Shown here in pieces: positions 11,134 to 21,502 of a stretch of DNA of 64,000 nt. The stretch is from assembly GCA_964589055.1 (NCBI GenBank), contig CAZPSD010000002.1, forward strand, positions 12,867-76,866, written 5' to 3'. Numbering within the stretch: the stretch's first letter is position 1; every line of letters starts with the position of its first letter. The translations under genes were made by a program, and so were the position numbers. Origin of the DNA: an uncultured Bacteroides sp. (GTDB lineage Bacteria; Bacillota; Clostridia; Lachnospirales; Lachnospiraceae). Below the pieces are notes generated by a model. It was not told the DNA's origin. It ran no database searches and saw only the letters and a list, made by a program, of their open reading frames with translations.

Positions 11134-13305
11134 CTACTGATGTTTCACGCGAAGCACCGTCAGAGAATAAGCCGGAGCAGTATATCCGAAATTCTCACTG
11201 ATTTCCATAGTGCTTTCTACCGGCACGACTTCCATCTTCTCCATACTATTGATGGATTTCTCGTTATCTCCGGTCAGCACAGTTACTTCTGCCTCAGTCA
11301 TAAATTCACTGATATCCCCGCTGCCGCAATCCAGAGATATATTCATAGGTATCTCTTCCCCGGATACGTTGACAATCTTCAGTATGACATCCTGGTTTTC
11401 ATCACAGACCGCAGATTCATACAAAGTCTGTTCTTTCGCTCCCGCAAGTTCTGCCGGCAGGCTGACGGTTCCCGCGTTGGCTCCGTACATCTGCTGTACA
11501 TAGTAGTTCGCGGTAGCAAAAATACTGTCATTGGAATAGAATATCATGTCCGGCTGCCACTGATTTAATTTCACATTGGCAAAAAGAGGCGCATAACATG
11601 CCATCGCCACCACATCGCCGTTTTTCTCCAGACCTGTCATATAGGCGGCTTCCGCTAACGCCGCATCTAACGTGTTCGCCTTCGCCGCATACTCTCCTAA
11701 GAACACCTTTGCCTGACTGTCCCGACTGTAACTGTCATAACGGTCTATATTTTCCAGAAACCACTCCGGCGTCTGATAGTAATGCTCATCTACCAGCGTT
11801 GTAACAGAATCCGGATTTAAGATCACATAATTCCATCCTTCCTCACTGTCCGAAGCCGTACCGTTTGCCACGATCAGCTCAATATCTCCGTACAATTCCG
11901 GATTTTCCTGTGCAGCTTCTTCAAACGCCTTAACAAACTGTTTGTAATGCTGATGATACTCTGTCTGCCATTGCTCATTACCAATGGCAATATACGTTAA
12001 GTCAAAGGGTTCTTCATGTCCCATGGCAATACGAACGGCACCCCATTTGGTACTTTCATCACCCTTACAGAACTCTACCAGATCCAGCGCATCCTGCACA
12101 TACTGTTTAAATTCATCGCCGGCGACACTGTACACCTCGTAGAAAGGGCTCTGTATCTCACAGGTCATACCCGCATTAAGCACGGGAACCGGCATACAAT
12201 CCAGTGCCTCGCACAATTCGAAATATTCATAGAAGCCCAATCCATATGTCATGTAATAAGGATTTGCCTTGGAACCCTGCCAGATATCCTTTCCCTGAGG
12301 GCGTGTCGCCACATCTCCTACCGTTTCCTCTCCGTTGATGGTAAAGGAAAGCCCGTTGCCGATGGAATCCTTCCAGCTATAAATACTTTCTTCATCCCTG
12401 CCTTCAATGACACAGCCGCCGGGAAACCGCAAGAAGGCCGGATTCAGCGCCTCCAAATATTCTCCAAAATCCCTGCGCACGGGCAGTCCCTTATAAGTCT
12501 CCTGCGGCATCATGGAAATCATATCAAAACATGCCGTCCCTGCGGGAATCTCAATCGCAAGCTGTACATCCTTATTGGCTGTCATTCCGGCAGTCAATGT
12601 AGTCTCATACTTCAACCATTCTGACGTGATACCTTCCACCACCTGCTCATCGTATATAGTGCCATCCTCATTTAACAGAGTCACATGTACCTGATTCACC
12701 GTCGCATCCTGCGCCTTACAATAGAAAGACACGTCATAGGAAGCTCCCTCCGTAATCGCCATGCCCTCGATATATCCGCCGTTGCTTATGCCTGCATAGG
12801 GCTTTACGGAAGAAGTGCCGGTATTTGTAACAACCGCATACTGCGGATTCTGCTCATTTAACGCTGTCCCATCTTCACTGCCGTCTGTCACCTCAAAGGT
12901 TACGCTCTCATCGGTTTTATCCCAGCCATGGAGCTGTGCGTCTCTTGCTTCCATCCCATATTCAAAGGAACGATTCTTGATCATTTCCACATACATACCG
13001 CCGTCCACAGCATAGTTGATATCCTCTAAGAATAATCCGAACAAGGTATCGGATATCTCATAGCTTTCATCCAGCCCGGAGGTATCTGTATGTATGGTAT
13101 AGGTTATCCCATCAGTCACATCAGACGGCGCATCGCTTTGTTCTCCGGTATTCTCCTGTGAAGCTGCATCTGTCATTTCATCATTATCACCTGCTGTTTC
13201 TTCTGTCCCGCCGCTGTTACCGCAGCCTGCAGCACTGATTGTCATTGCCGCACACAGTGTGCAAACAAGCCCCTTTTGTATCGTTTTTGCTATGTTTCCT
13301 TTCAT
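11134..13305 (-). CDS. GH51 alpha-L-arabinofuranosidase, lipoprotein with CBM-like insert
   Basis: Lipobox AAGC; FLEDINYAVDGG, LRFPGGC, IGNE, DEHYY, FLGEYA, MACYAPL motifs. Confidence 0.9.
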   Translation of the reverse strand: MKGNIAKTIQKGLVCTLCAAMTISAAGCGNSGGTEETAGDNDEMTDAASQENTGEQSDAPSDVTDGITYTIHTDTSGLDESYEISDTLFGLFLEDINYAVDGGMYVEMIKNRSFEYGMEARDAQLHGWDKTDESVTFEVTDGSEDGTALNEQNPQYAVVTNTGTSSVKPYAGISNGGYIEGMAITEGASYDVSFYCKAQDATVNQVHVTLLNEDGTIYDEQVVEGITSEWLKYETTLTAGMTANKDVQLAIEIPAGTACFDMISMMPQETYKGLPVRRDFGEYLEALNPAFLRFPGGCVIEGRDEESIYSWKDSIGNGLSFTINGEETVGDVATRPQGKDIWQGSKANPYYMTYGLGFYEYFELCEALDCMPVPVLNAGMTCEIQSPFYEVYSVAGDEFKQYVQDALDLVEFCKGDESTKWGAVRIAMGHEEPFDLTYIAIGNEQWQTEYHQHYKQFVKAFEEAAQENPELYGDIELIVANGTASDSEEGWNYVILNPDSVTTLVDEHYYQTPEWFLENIDRYDSYSRDSQAKVFLGEYAAKANTLDAALAEAAYMTGLEKNGDVVAMACYAPLFANVKLNQWQPDMIFYSNDSIFATANYYVQQMYGANAGTVSLPAELAGAKEQTLYESAVCDENQDVILKIVNVSGEEIPMNISLDCGSGDISEFMTEAEVTVLTGDNEKSINSMEKMEVVPVESTMEISENFGYTAPAYSLTVLRVKHQ

Positions 13306-13358
13306 GCTGTTTCCTTTTCTCTCTATCCGCTTCTCTCCTTATATTCTTTACACTCTTC

Positions 13359-15011
13359 TTACTGCACCACGCCGTCTCCGCCTCTGGTCCACATAATATT
13401 CTGACTGATCATCTGGTCGATATCCATGCCGATAATCTCCGAAGCCCTTGCCTTAGCCGAAGCTTCATTGGCAGTGCCTAAACTCTGATAAATATAGTAA
13501 GCAGGTTTCTTGTTGCCATTTAAATCATACAGGCCAAGCGCCAGATTACTCTCCATCTCATGGGCGTCATCCGTCTGCCGAAACAGCATAAAGGCATCCA
13601 CATCCGGTAAAGATGCCGCTTTCAAATATCCGTAAGCAACCGATGCCTCCTGTGCCTCCGTGCCAAAGCTTGAGGTATATCCAATCTCAGCAAGAGAAAT
13701 ACTCCTCACCTGTCCCGCCGGATTCAAGAAACCGGACTGATGCATATAATCAATCAAAATATCAATATTCTGCATCGTAATATAAGGCGTGGTAATGCTA
13801 TTCTTCACCCATACTGCCGGACCGTTCCACGCATAAGGATCATACAAAGGGGAATTATAGGGATGATAAGAAAGTCCCCAGTCAATATTTCCCTCTCTGT
13901 TCATATAATAATTGAACTGGTCTAAATACTCTTTCGCAAGGAAGCTGCCCGGATTGGATTTCCGGTTCCATTCCTGATCGATGGAATTGTAAACCCTTAC
14001 ATTGGCGTTCTGGCTTTTCAGCTCGTTATAAACAATGCGGAATGCCTTGGCATAAATATTCACATTATAATCCAAAGATGTGGAACTGCTGTACCACCAT
14101 GAAGTTCTGGCATTTACTTCGTTTCCGAGAATCCAGTTATCCACCTGCCCGTGTCCTGTCGTACCGGAATAACGCTGCCCGAGAAATGCTCCGATCGCTT
14201 TCAAATGATTTGTTCCCGAACCATCTGCCACATTTAAGGCATAGCCGGGACAATCTGCCCCTTTCGCCGTGGGATGGATCAGATCCTGGGAATAAGCCCC
14301 ATGCCCTCCGTTTAAAAGCACCATCGTTACCTGCATCCCATAACTGTTAAAGCTGCTGATCATGGAATCATATTTACTGACCATACCATTGTTAAAGTAG
14401 TAAGTCTGTCCGTTATAGTCAAAAGGTATCGAACCGGATACCGAAGCGTCGGAACAGATATCGTCCACATATAAGTTATATACCACCTGCTGAACGCCAA
14501 GCGCCTGCAGTTCCCCGTTGGAGGCTTTCGTCAGATCAGGAAGAATACCTTTGATACCCGCATCTTTTCTGGCTGATGTATGGGTTGCGACCGCTTCCGG
14601 ATTCGTAATATAATGTTCATCGCTGACCTGCACCATCTGTCCGCCGCGCTTGACCGCTATCAGGAATTTGCGGCTTAAATTAGAGTCTGCTGTATTATAA
14701 GCAAGGGGAAAGCTTGCCGTCACGGATGTACCTGCATCCACGGCTGCCACTATTTTTCCTGTGGTTCCATCCTGATAGACTTCATCCGCATAGACATAGA
14801 ACTTACCGTCGTCGCTTGAAGGCACACTGCCTGTCCTGATCTGACACACCACATTGCTGCCGGAGATCAGGCAGGAATCTATGGCGACCGGACGCCCTGC
14901 TGCCATGACCGTCTGGGGATTTCCTTCCCAAACTGCTCCGTTTCCTGATACAAGCATAATTGCTGCCGCTGTTATCACTATTGTCCTTATAATTCTTCGT
15001 ATCTGCTGCAT
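13359..15011 (-). CDS. DUF5722-like secreted protein, putative clan GH-A glycoside hydrolase
   Basis: GGAGG RBS before ATG 15011, signal peptide, WILGNEVN and SLAEIGY acid/base and nucleophile-like motifs, LSYHPY. Confidence 0.7.
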   Translation of the reverse strand: MQQIRRIIRTIVITAAAIMLVSGNGAVWEGNPQTVMAAGRPVAIDSCLISGSNVVCQIRTGSVPSSDDGKFYVYADEVYQDGTTGKIVAAVDAGTSVTASFPLAYNTADSNLSRKFLIAVKRGGQMVQVSDEHYITNPEAVATHTSARKDAGIKGILPDLTKASNGELQALGVQQVVYNLYVDDICSDASVSGSIPFDYNGQTYYFNNGMVSKYDSMISSFNSYGMQVTMVLLNGGHGAYSQDLIHPTAKGADCPGYALNVADGSGTNHLKAIGAFLGQRYSGTTGHGQVDNWILGNEVNARTSWWYSSSTSLDYNVNIYAKAFRIVYNELKSQNANVRVYNSIDQEWNRKSNPGSFLAKEYLDQFNYYMNREGNIDWGLSYHPYNSPLYDPYAWNGPAVWVKNSITTPYITMQNIDILIDYMHQSGFLNPAGQVRSISLAEIGYTSSFGTEAQEASVAYGYLKAASLPDVDAFMLFRQTDDAHEMESNLALGLYDLNGNKKPAYYIYQSLGTANEASAKARASEIIGMDIDQMISQNIMWTRGGDGVVQ

Positions 15012-15236
15012 AACACTCCTCCCCGCCAGCACATATATCTGCACCGGCACGCCTCTCTTCCTTCTGTTACTCATAATATTTCATTTTATTATGTTGTATT
15101 TTATCACACTACCGTTCAAAAGTCATTATGCATAAGATACTTTTCTTTCGGCAGCCGCAGCCATTCAGCCACGCCGTTTATAAATCCCAAGACGGCTGAA
15201 AGCCTATTGGCAAAGATGCGCCGCGGGTTGCACCTA

Positions 15237-15270
15237 TAAAAGCCCATGGCATTTACCGCCACGGGCTTTT
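15237..15270 (-). terminator. htpG terminator
   Basis: aaaagcccatggc...gccacgggctttt stem-loop with T tract. Confidence 0.75.
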
Positions 15271-15304
15271 ATTCGTCCTATAGAATTGCTCCCTGCCGCA
15301 CTGT

Positions 15305-17446
15305 TTACTTCGTCAAAAGCATCATAATATCATTACTTCTTGCCACAAACTTCGTCATGGCTTCCGGTTCAAGAGGCGCCTGCTGTAACAATGCCAGATC
15401 ATAGAGCTGTTCGCAGATCATCTTAACGTTGTCGCCATCCTGATGCTCGATCACATACTGCACTAACGGATGGTTGGCGTTCAGGATCAGCGTTTCGCCT
15501 TCCTTACCGAACATACCCATGTCCATTCCGCCCATGCCCTGCATAGAGTACATCTTCATCATATCCTGCATTCTGCGGGATTCCTCAGATAACGTGATCA
15601 TGGAAGAAATCTTTTTATTTTTCAGTTTCTCGATCTTAACCTTGATAGCATCCTTCTTGAGAACCTTCTTCATCAGCTTGGCAACAGCCTCTGCCTGCTC
15701 TTCCATCTCTTTCTCAGCCTTCTTGGAGGTCTTAGCCTTAAAGACATCGGTTAAGTCCGCATCGATTCTCTGGAACTTAATGCCCTCGTTCTTCGCCTCT
15801 AACTGGGATACAAAAGGCTGGTCGATGTTATGCGTCAGGATAACCGCATCCATCTTGGCTGCCTTAAACATGTTGATATACTGACTCTGCTGCTTTTCGT
15901 CCGTCACATAGTAAATGACTTTTTCTTTCTTCTCTTCCTCAGCGCCTTCTCCGGTTACGGCTTCACCGCTTTCATCAACTGCTTCGGCTTCTGCTTTCCC
16001 GCCGTTCTCATCCGCCTCTGCGCCTTCCGGCTTTCCGCCGTTCTCGTCCACGATCTCAGCTTCTACCTTTTCGCCGTTTTCATCCGTAGCGTTTTCACCT
16101 ACTTCATCCGGGTCAACCTTATTGACCTCCAGGCACTCAGGAAGGGTCATATACTCTCCTTCCAGATTCTTAAAGAGGATATAATCTGTCATCTTCTCGC
16201 AGAATTTGTCGTCCTTCAGGCAGCCGAATTTGATAAACGGACTGATATCATCCCAATATTTCTGATATTCTTCTTTCTCCGTCTTGCACATGCCGGACAG
16301 CTTATCTGCCACCTTCTTCGTGATGTACTCACTGATCTTCTTCACGAAACCGTCATTCTGCAATGCACTTCTGGATACGTTAAGCGGCAGATCAGGACAA
16401 TCGATCACGCCCTTTAACAGAAGCAGGAATTCAGGAATGACTTCTTTAATATTATCTGCGATAAACACCTGATTATTATACAGCTTGATCGTTCCCTCAA
16501 TGGACTCATATTCCATATTGATCTTCGGGAAGTACAGAATACCTTTCATATTAAAAGGATAATCCATATTCAGATGAATCCAGAACAATGGCTCTTTATA
16601 ATCCTGAAATACCTTACGGTAGAATTCCAGATATTCCTCTCTTGTACACTCATTGGGATGTTTCGCCCACAGCGGATGCGTCTCGTTTAAAAGCTCCGGA
16701 CGTTTCTTAATCTTAAGCTTCTGCTCGTCCTCCTCTTTCTCCTTCGCAATCTCCTCTACTACCTCATCAGTATCTAACTTTTCATCCGCCTTAATAGTCT
16801 GTGTTTCTGTAGTGTTTGCCTTGGACAAATAGATCTCCGTAGGCATAAAGGAACAGTATTTCTTAATAACCTCTCTTGCCTTGTACTCGTTGCAGAACTC
16901 TAAGCAGTCCTCATTGATAAAAAGGGTAATCTCCGTACCGATCTCCGTTCTCGTACCCTCTTTCATATCAAATTCCGTGCCGCCGTCGCACTCCCAATGC
17001 ACAGCCTGCGCGCCGTCCCTGTAAGATAAGGTATCGATATGCACCTCATCCGCTACCATAAATGCCGAGTAGAAACCGAGTCCGAAATGACCGATGATCT
17101 GATCCTCATTTGCCTTATCTTTATATTTCTCAATGAAATCCGTTGCACCGGAAAAAGCGATCTGGTTGATATACTCCTCTACTTCATCCGCCGTCATGCC
17201 GATCCCGTTATCGATGAATTTCAGTGTCTTTTCCTCAGGATTAACAATGACCTGCACCTTCGCTTTATAATCATCCGCCAGCGTATACTCGCCCATCATG
17301 TCCAATTTCTTAAGCTTCGTGATTGCATCACATCCGTTAGAAATCAGCTCTCTGAAAAAGATATCGTGGTCGGAATATAACCACTTCTTGATAATCGGGA
17401 AAATATTGTCGCTGTTAATTGATAAATTACCGTGTTTTGCTGCCAT
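15305..17446 (-). CDS. htpG: Chaperone HtpG (Hsp90)
   Basis: FFRELISN, DNGIGM, IIGHFGLGFYSAF, LPLNVSRS motifs. Confidence 0.97.
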   Translation of the reverse strand: MAAKHGNLSINSDNIFPIIKKWLYSDHDIFFRELISNGCDAITKLKKLDMMGEYTLADDYKAKVQVIVNPEEKTLKFIDNGIGMTADEVEEYINQIAFSGATDFIEKYKDKANEDQIIGHFGLGFYSAFMVADEVHIDTLSYRDGAQAVHWECDGGTEFDMKEGTRTEIGTEITLFINEDCLEFCNEYKAREVIKKYCSFMPTEIYLSKANTTETQTIKADEKLDTDEVVEEIAKEKEEDEQKLKIKKRPELLNETHPLWAKHPNECTREEYLEFYRKVFQDYKEPLFWIHLNMDYPFNMKGILYFPKINMEYESIEGTIKLYNNQVFIADNIKEVIPEFLLLLKGVIDCPDLPLNVSRSALQNDGFVKKISEYITKKVADKLSGMCKTEKEEYQKYWDDISPFIKFGCLKDDKFCEKMTDYILFKNLEGEYMTLPECLEVNKVDPDEVGENATDENGEKVEAEIVDENGGKPEGAEADENGGKAEAEAVDESGEAVTGEGAEEEKKEKVIYYVTDEKQQSQYINMFKAAKMDAVILTHNIDQPFVSQLEAKNEGIKFQRIDADLTDVFKAKTSKKAEKEMEEQAEAVAKLMKKVLKKDAIKVKIEKLKNKKISSMITLSEESRRMQDMMKMYSMQGMGGMDMGMFGKEGETLILNANHPLVQYVIEHQDGDNVKMICEQLYDLALLQQAPLEPEAMTKFVARSNDIMMLLTK
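15950..16095 (-). repeat. About four imperfect 36-bp tandem repeats encoding DE[NS]G-x8 units inside htpG
   Basis: DENGEKVEAEIV/DENGGKPEGAEA/DENGGKAEAEAV/DESGEAV. Confidence 0.8.
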
Positions 17447-17567
17447 TACTATCACTTTCCTTTCTAAGTCCTACATTACATTGTGCCTGATCCGACAGGC
17501 TTCTCGTGAAATCTGCGGCAAACAGACTTCTCTCCTTTCCCTATGAAAAATTTTTCCTATGAAAAAT

Positions 17568-17596
17568 AGTTTAATACCCTCCAAAAAAGAAGTCAA
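17568..17596 (-). promoter_or_regulatory. sigma-A promoter of htpG
   Basis: TTGACT-17 bp-TAAACT on the minus strand. Confidence 0.7.
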
Positions 17597-17603
17597 GATA
17601 AAA

Positions 17604-17630
17604 TTAGCACTCATTTAATCCGAGTGCTAA
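17604..17630. promoter_or_regulatory. CIRCE element (HrcA operator)
   Basis: Exact TTAGCACTC-N9-GAGTGCTAA, 7 bp upstream of the htpG -35. Confidence 0.97.
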
Positions 17631-17720
17631 TAATTGTCGTTTTGTTCAGATTTTATGAGGGTTTTCGTAATTCTAAAGTTTTTATAAAATTACAAACTCA
17701 AATCATTTTTAATGAAACTT

Positions 17721-18797
17721 TTATTCAAAATATTCCGAATACACCTGAAAAAAGTCCTGTGTAGTCACATTCTCATCATGAATAAATCCTACACTGTCCC
17801 ACAATTCTTCATTCAGGTTTCTGGTCAGAGTTGCCACATAAGCATCATACTCCTGCCCGAATGCTTCTTCCCGTCTCTGCTCCACGATCTTTACTTTATT
17901 GGCATCGGTCTCATCCTTATCGAAAGTGGTCAGACATTTGATAATATGATATCCGTATTCCGTCTCCACAATATCGCTGATTTCATCAGTCCCCAGATTA
18001 AATGCCGCCGTCTCAAAAGCCGGATCCATCTCCCCTTTGCCAAAGGAATACGTAGACTTATCATCTTCACTGTATTTACGAATTAGTTCATCGAAATCTT
18101 CACCTTCTCTGGCAAGCGCCAACACCTCACACGCCTCTTCATAAGCATCCTGCTTCGCCTTCTCCGTATATTCTATCTTCTTCCCTGTACCGTCAAGGGC
18201 ATAGGTCTTAATCAGAATATGCTGTACCGTGATTGTTCTGGCCTCATCATCACTGATCTCCGGATTGATATCTTTAATCGTATACTGATATACCTTCTGC
18301 GCCAAGGCAAATTCGGTATAGAGATCCCGGATCGTCTTTTCTGTCACACCCATTTGCTCAATCTCTGCATCATTCAGAGACTCATAATAGGCTTTCGCCG
18401 CGTTTTCCGCCTGTGCCATCTCTGTCTCATCAAGCTCCACCTGATATTTCTTTGCCATCAGATTCATCGTCTTAATCCGGGCAATCTGTGCCAGGGCAAT
18501 ATCCTTCACATTCTCTTCTAATGTCACGCCATTCACATTGGTGCTCCAGATTTCCGTACCAAAAACACTCTCATAGCGATTCTGGATATTGGTCAGATAT
18601 ACCATAATTTCCGGCAGGGTGCAGGAACTGGCCTCGATGCGGAATATTTCATCCTTATCAAAACCGGTGGTAAGCACTACCTTCGTTCCGATTCCGTCAC
18701 CGCCCTTACAGCCTGTCAAAGACCCTAATATCATGGCTAATCCAAGCGCAAACTCTGCTATCGTTATCCATCGGATTTTCTTCATTTTTATAAACAT
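17721..18797 (-). CDS. PrsA-like parvulin peptidyl-prolyl isomerase lipoprotein
   Basis: Lipobox LTGC, HILI, FETAAF, VETEYGYHII. Confidence 0.88.
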   Translation of the reverse strand: MFIKMKKIRWITIAEFALGLAMILGSLTGCKGGDGIGTKVVLTTGFDKDEIFRIEASSCTLPEIMVYLTNIQNRYESVFGTEIWSTNVNGVTLEENVKDIALAQIARIKTMNLMAKKYQVELDETEMAQAENAAKAYYESLNDAEIEQMGVTEKTIRDLYTEFALAQKVYQYTIKDINPEISDDEARTITVQHILIKTYALDGTGKKIEYTEKAKQDAYEEACEVLALAREGEDFDELIRKYSEDDKSTYSFGKGEMDPAFETAAFNLGTDEISDIVETEYGYHIIKCLTTFDKDETDANKVKIVEQRREEAFGQEYDAYVATLTRNLNEELWDSVGFIHDENVTTQDFFQVYSEYFE

Positions 18798-18824
18798 GCT
18801 CCTTTCGTTTTTTCCTGCCGGAAT

Positions 18825-19292
18825 TTATATAACCTTTACGTCAAATACTTCTTTAAAGAAACGATGATATGCCTGATTTAATATAAGCCCCGGCTCCTCC
18901 AGCCTCGGAGACCACCATTTGAAATCTCTTTTTTCAAAAGATACATCCATAATAACATCTGCATGATATTGTGTACATTTTATCCGGTATGCAGCGCCGA
19001 TATTCATATCTTTTTCCGAACCTCTGGTACCAATATTATAAGCTACCCCGCCAAATGTAAGAATGCCCTCGTGATCATTTATTCTTTCAAAAGATGTTTC
19101 TTTTATGATTTTACTAAGCATGGTTGATCCCAGCTTGTTCATGACATATTTTACATCCGTATCGCTTACCAGATATCGTATTCCGTTTATGGTTTCCACA
19201 CCATCTATTTTTTCGGTTATCTTTCGGTAGTTGTTCCATTGATAAACAGATAATCCAACCAAGAAAACCCCTATGATAATATTCCAGATCAT
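18825..19292 (-). CDS. Hypothetical protein with N-terminal membrane anchor, AT-rich
   Basis: GGGGAG RBS, hydrophobic N-terminus, 155 aa. Confidence 0.7.
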   Translation of the reverse strand: MIWNIIIGVFLVGLSVYQWNNYRKITEKIDGVETINGIRYLVSDTDVKYVMNKLGSTMLSKIIKETSFERINDHEGILTFGGVAYNIGTRGSEKDMNIGAAYRIKCTQYHADVIMDVSFEKRDFKWWSPRLEEPGLILNQAYHRFFKEVFDVKVI

Positions 19293-19343
19293 AAGACTCC
19301 CCGCCTCTGACAGAAGTATTTTCCTTTCAGCAAAATACTTCTA

Positions 19344-20099
19344 TTATAACGCATTTCCTTCTTTATCATACCACACTTCACCGTTAGTCAGCACATAATC
19401 CTCTCCTGTGAGAATTGCCTTCACATAGTCCTGCGCGGAAGTCAGTTTTCTGCGGAAAGCTACACCACCGCCGAATAAGTTTGTAGAATGAATATCAGAT
19501 CCCGCACTTATAGGCTTATTATGCTCTCTGGCATATTGTATCGCTTTTACATCATATGTGGGATCATTATGCGCCATGCTGCGGGAATTGGAATGGGTCG
19601 CATTGATTCCTTCCACGCCGTCTGCCCATTGTGGGAAAAGACGTATTTCCGGAATATAAGGCTCTTCCCTGTACGGATGAGCCTGCATCACCAATCCGCC
19701 TGCTTCATGTACCATCCGGTACTGCTCCTCTATGGTTGCTGTCCACAGCTTAGGATGTGCCTTCATCCATGCCTTATCAATTCCATACAGCAGAAATTCC
19801 GTTCCCCGAAATCCCGCTTCATAGCCGAAAAACACGTCAAGACCTATTTTATCTCCTTCTTCTTTAGCATTTTCATAACCTTCACAGAATCGGTCAACCC
19901 ACTCTTCCCAAGGCAGTCCTCTGTCGATCCTCGTATTGCCGCCCCAGTTATGGTCTGTCACAAATATGCCTGTATAACCATACTCCTTACAGGCTCTCGC
20001 CATTTCCGCTCCCGTGCTGGCAGCGCAGGCGCTTGCTTCACAGGTATGCAAATGTGTTTCATATAAATAAGGATATTGTTCCCTGATTTCCATATTCAT
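19344..20099 (-). CDS. PHP-domain phosphoesterase
   Basis: ETHLHT, VTDH, QAHP, GSDIH metal-binding motifs. Confidence 0.88.
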   Translation of the reverse strand: MNMEIREQYPYLYETHLHTCEASACAASTGAEMARACKEYGYTGIFVTDHNWGGNTRIDRGLPWEEWVDRFCEGYENAKEEGDKIGLDVFFGYEAGFRGTEFLLYGIDKAWMKAHPKLWTATIEEQYRMVHEAGGLVMQAHPYREEPYIPEIRLFPQWADGVEGINATHSNSRSMAHNDPTYDVKAIQYAREHNKPISAGSDIHSTNLFGGGVAFRRKLTSAQDYVKAILTGEDYVLTNGEVWYDKEGNAL

Positions 20100-20292
20100 A
20101 ATTCCTTTTTCTTCTTTTATATATTTAGGCATTTGCAAAACGCATCCTAACGTTGTATTAATTGTACAAATTGCCTATCTTTACAATGATTCTCCGCTTC
20201 GAAGCCTCTAAAATGATAAGAGGGATTAAATCCTCTGCCTATGCATCGCAACCTAATCCCTCTCCTCTTTGTATTTATTCTCTGTTACTCTT

Positions 20293-21318
20293 TTATTTGA
20301 TTACATGAATCCACCCTTCGGGCGCCTCAATACGCCCCATCTGGATACCAGTCAATGTATCATACAGTTTCTTGGTGACAGGTCCCATCTCATTCATACC
20401 GCTTGGGAATGCAATCTCATTGCCATGATCTACGATCTTACCTACCGGAGAAATCACTGCTGCCGTACCGCACAGACCGCACTCTGCGAAATCCTTAACC
20501 TCTGCAAAAGGAACTTCTCTCTCTTCTACTTCTAATCCCAGATATTCCTTAGCTACTGCCATCAGAGAACGTCTTGTAATAGAAGGCAGAATACTGTTGG
20601 ATTTGGGCGTTACTACTTTATTATCTTTGGTTACGAATAAGAAGTTAGCGCCGCCTGTCTCTTCTACATTAGTTCTGGTAGCGGCATCTAAATACATATT
20701 CTCATCATAACCCTCTTCATGCGCTGTTACGATCGCATGTAAACTCATGGCATAGTTCAGACCCGCCTTGATATGACCGGTGCCATGCGGCGCCGCCCTG
20801 TCGAAATCGCTTACCTTGATCGTTAACGGCTTTGCACCGCCTTTGAAGTAAGGGCCTACCGGTGTGGTAAAGATTCTGAACTGATACTCATCCGCAGGCT
20901 TTACACCGATAACGGAAGAACTGCCGAACATATACGGACGAATGTATAAGGTTGCGCCGGAACCGTATGGCGGCACATATGCCTCATTTGCCGCTACTAC
21001 ATCCGTAACTGCCTGCACAAAACGCTCTTTAGGAAATACCGGCATCTCCAGTCTCTTGCAGGAATCCTCCATACGCTGTGCATTCAGATCGGGGCGGAAA
21101 CATACGATATGCCCGTCTTCTGTCGTATATGCCTTCAAACCCTCAAAACATGTCTGTGCATACTGGAACACACCGGCACACTCATTGATGGTAATGTTTG
21201 CATCGGATACAAGCGCTCCTTCATCCCATGCTCCATTCTTATAATTTGACACAAATCTCTTGTCCGTCTCCTGATAAGAGAATCCGATATTTGCCCAATC
21301 AATGTTTTTCTTTTCCAT
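20293..21318 (-). CDS. ilvE: Branched-chain amino acid aminotransferase
   Basis: YAQTCFEGLKAY, LYIRP, KAGLNYA, ILPSITRRS, CGTAAVISP. Confidence 0.95.
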   Translation of the reverse strand: MEKKNIDWANIGFSYQETDKRFVSNYKNGAWDEGALVSDANITINECAGVFQYAQTCFEGLKAYTTEDGHIVCFRPDLNAQRMEDSCKRLEMPVFPKERFVQAVTDVVAANEAYVPPYGSGATLYIRPYMFGSSSVIGVKPADEYQFRIFTTPVGPYFKGGAKPLTIKVSDFDRAAPHGTGHIKAGLNYAMSLHAIVTAHEEGYDENMYLDAATRTNVEETGGANFLFVTKDNKVVTPKSNSILPSITRRSLMAVAKEYLGLEVEEREVPFAEVKDFAECGLCGTAAVISPVGKIVDHGNEIAFPSGMNEMGPVTKKLYDTLTGIQMGRIEAPEGWIHVIK

Positions 21319-21502
21319 TTTCCCAAACTCCTTTTCCCTCAAAGTATCTTACTATATTTTGGCAAACTTTGTCCTCAAAGTCTTATGAAGAAACAAAATT
21401 CAACTTCGCGCTGTACACTATACTTAATATTATACTTTTATGAGTAAAAGTCAAGATACAATGTCCTGATTCCAAACTGTTACCCTGTTACCCACTGTTG
21501 TC

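Noticed and set aside
15145-15235. GC-rich structured stretch upstream of the DUF5722-like gene, with a c-di-GMP-I-like 3' end (GGCTGCCGAAAG)
   Set aside because: Lacks the GGCAAAC/GNRA/GACGCAAAG core on the coding strand and lies upstream of the apparent promoter; cannot be called without an Infernal scan
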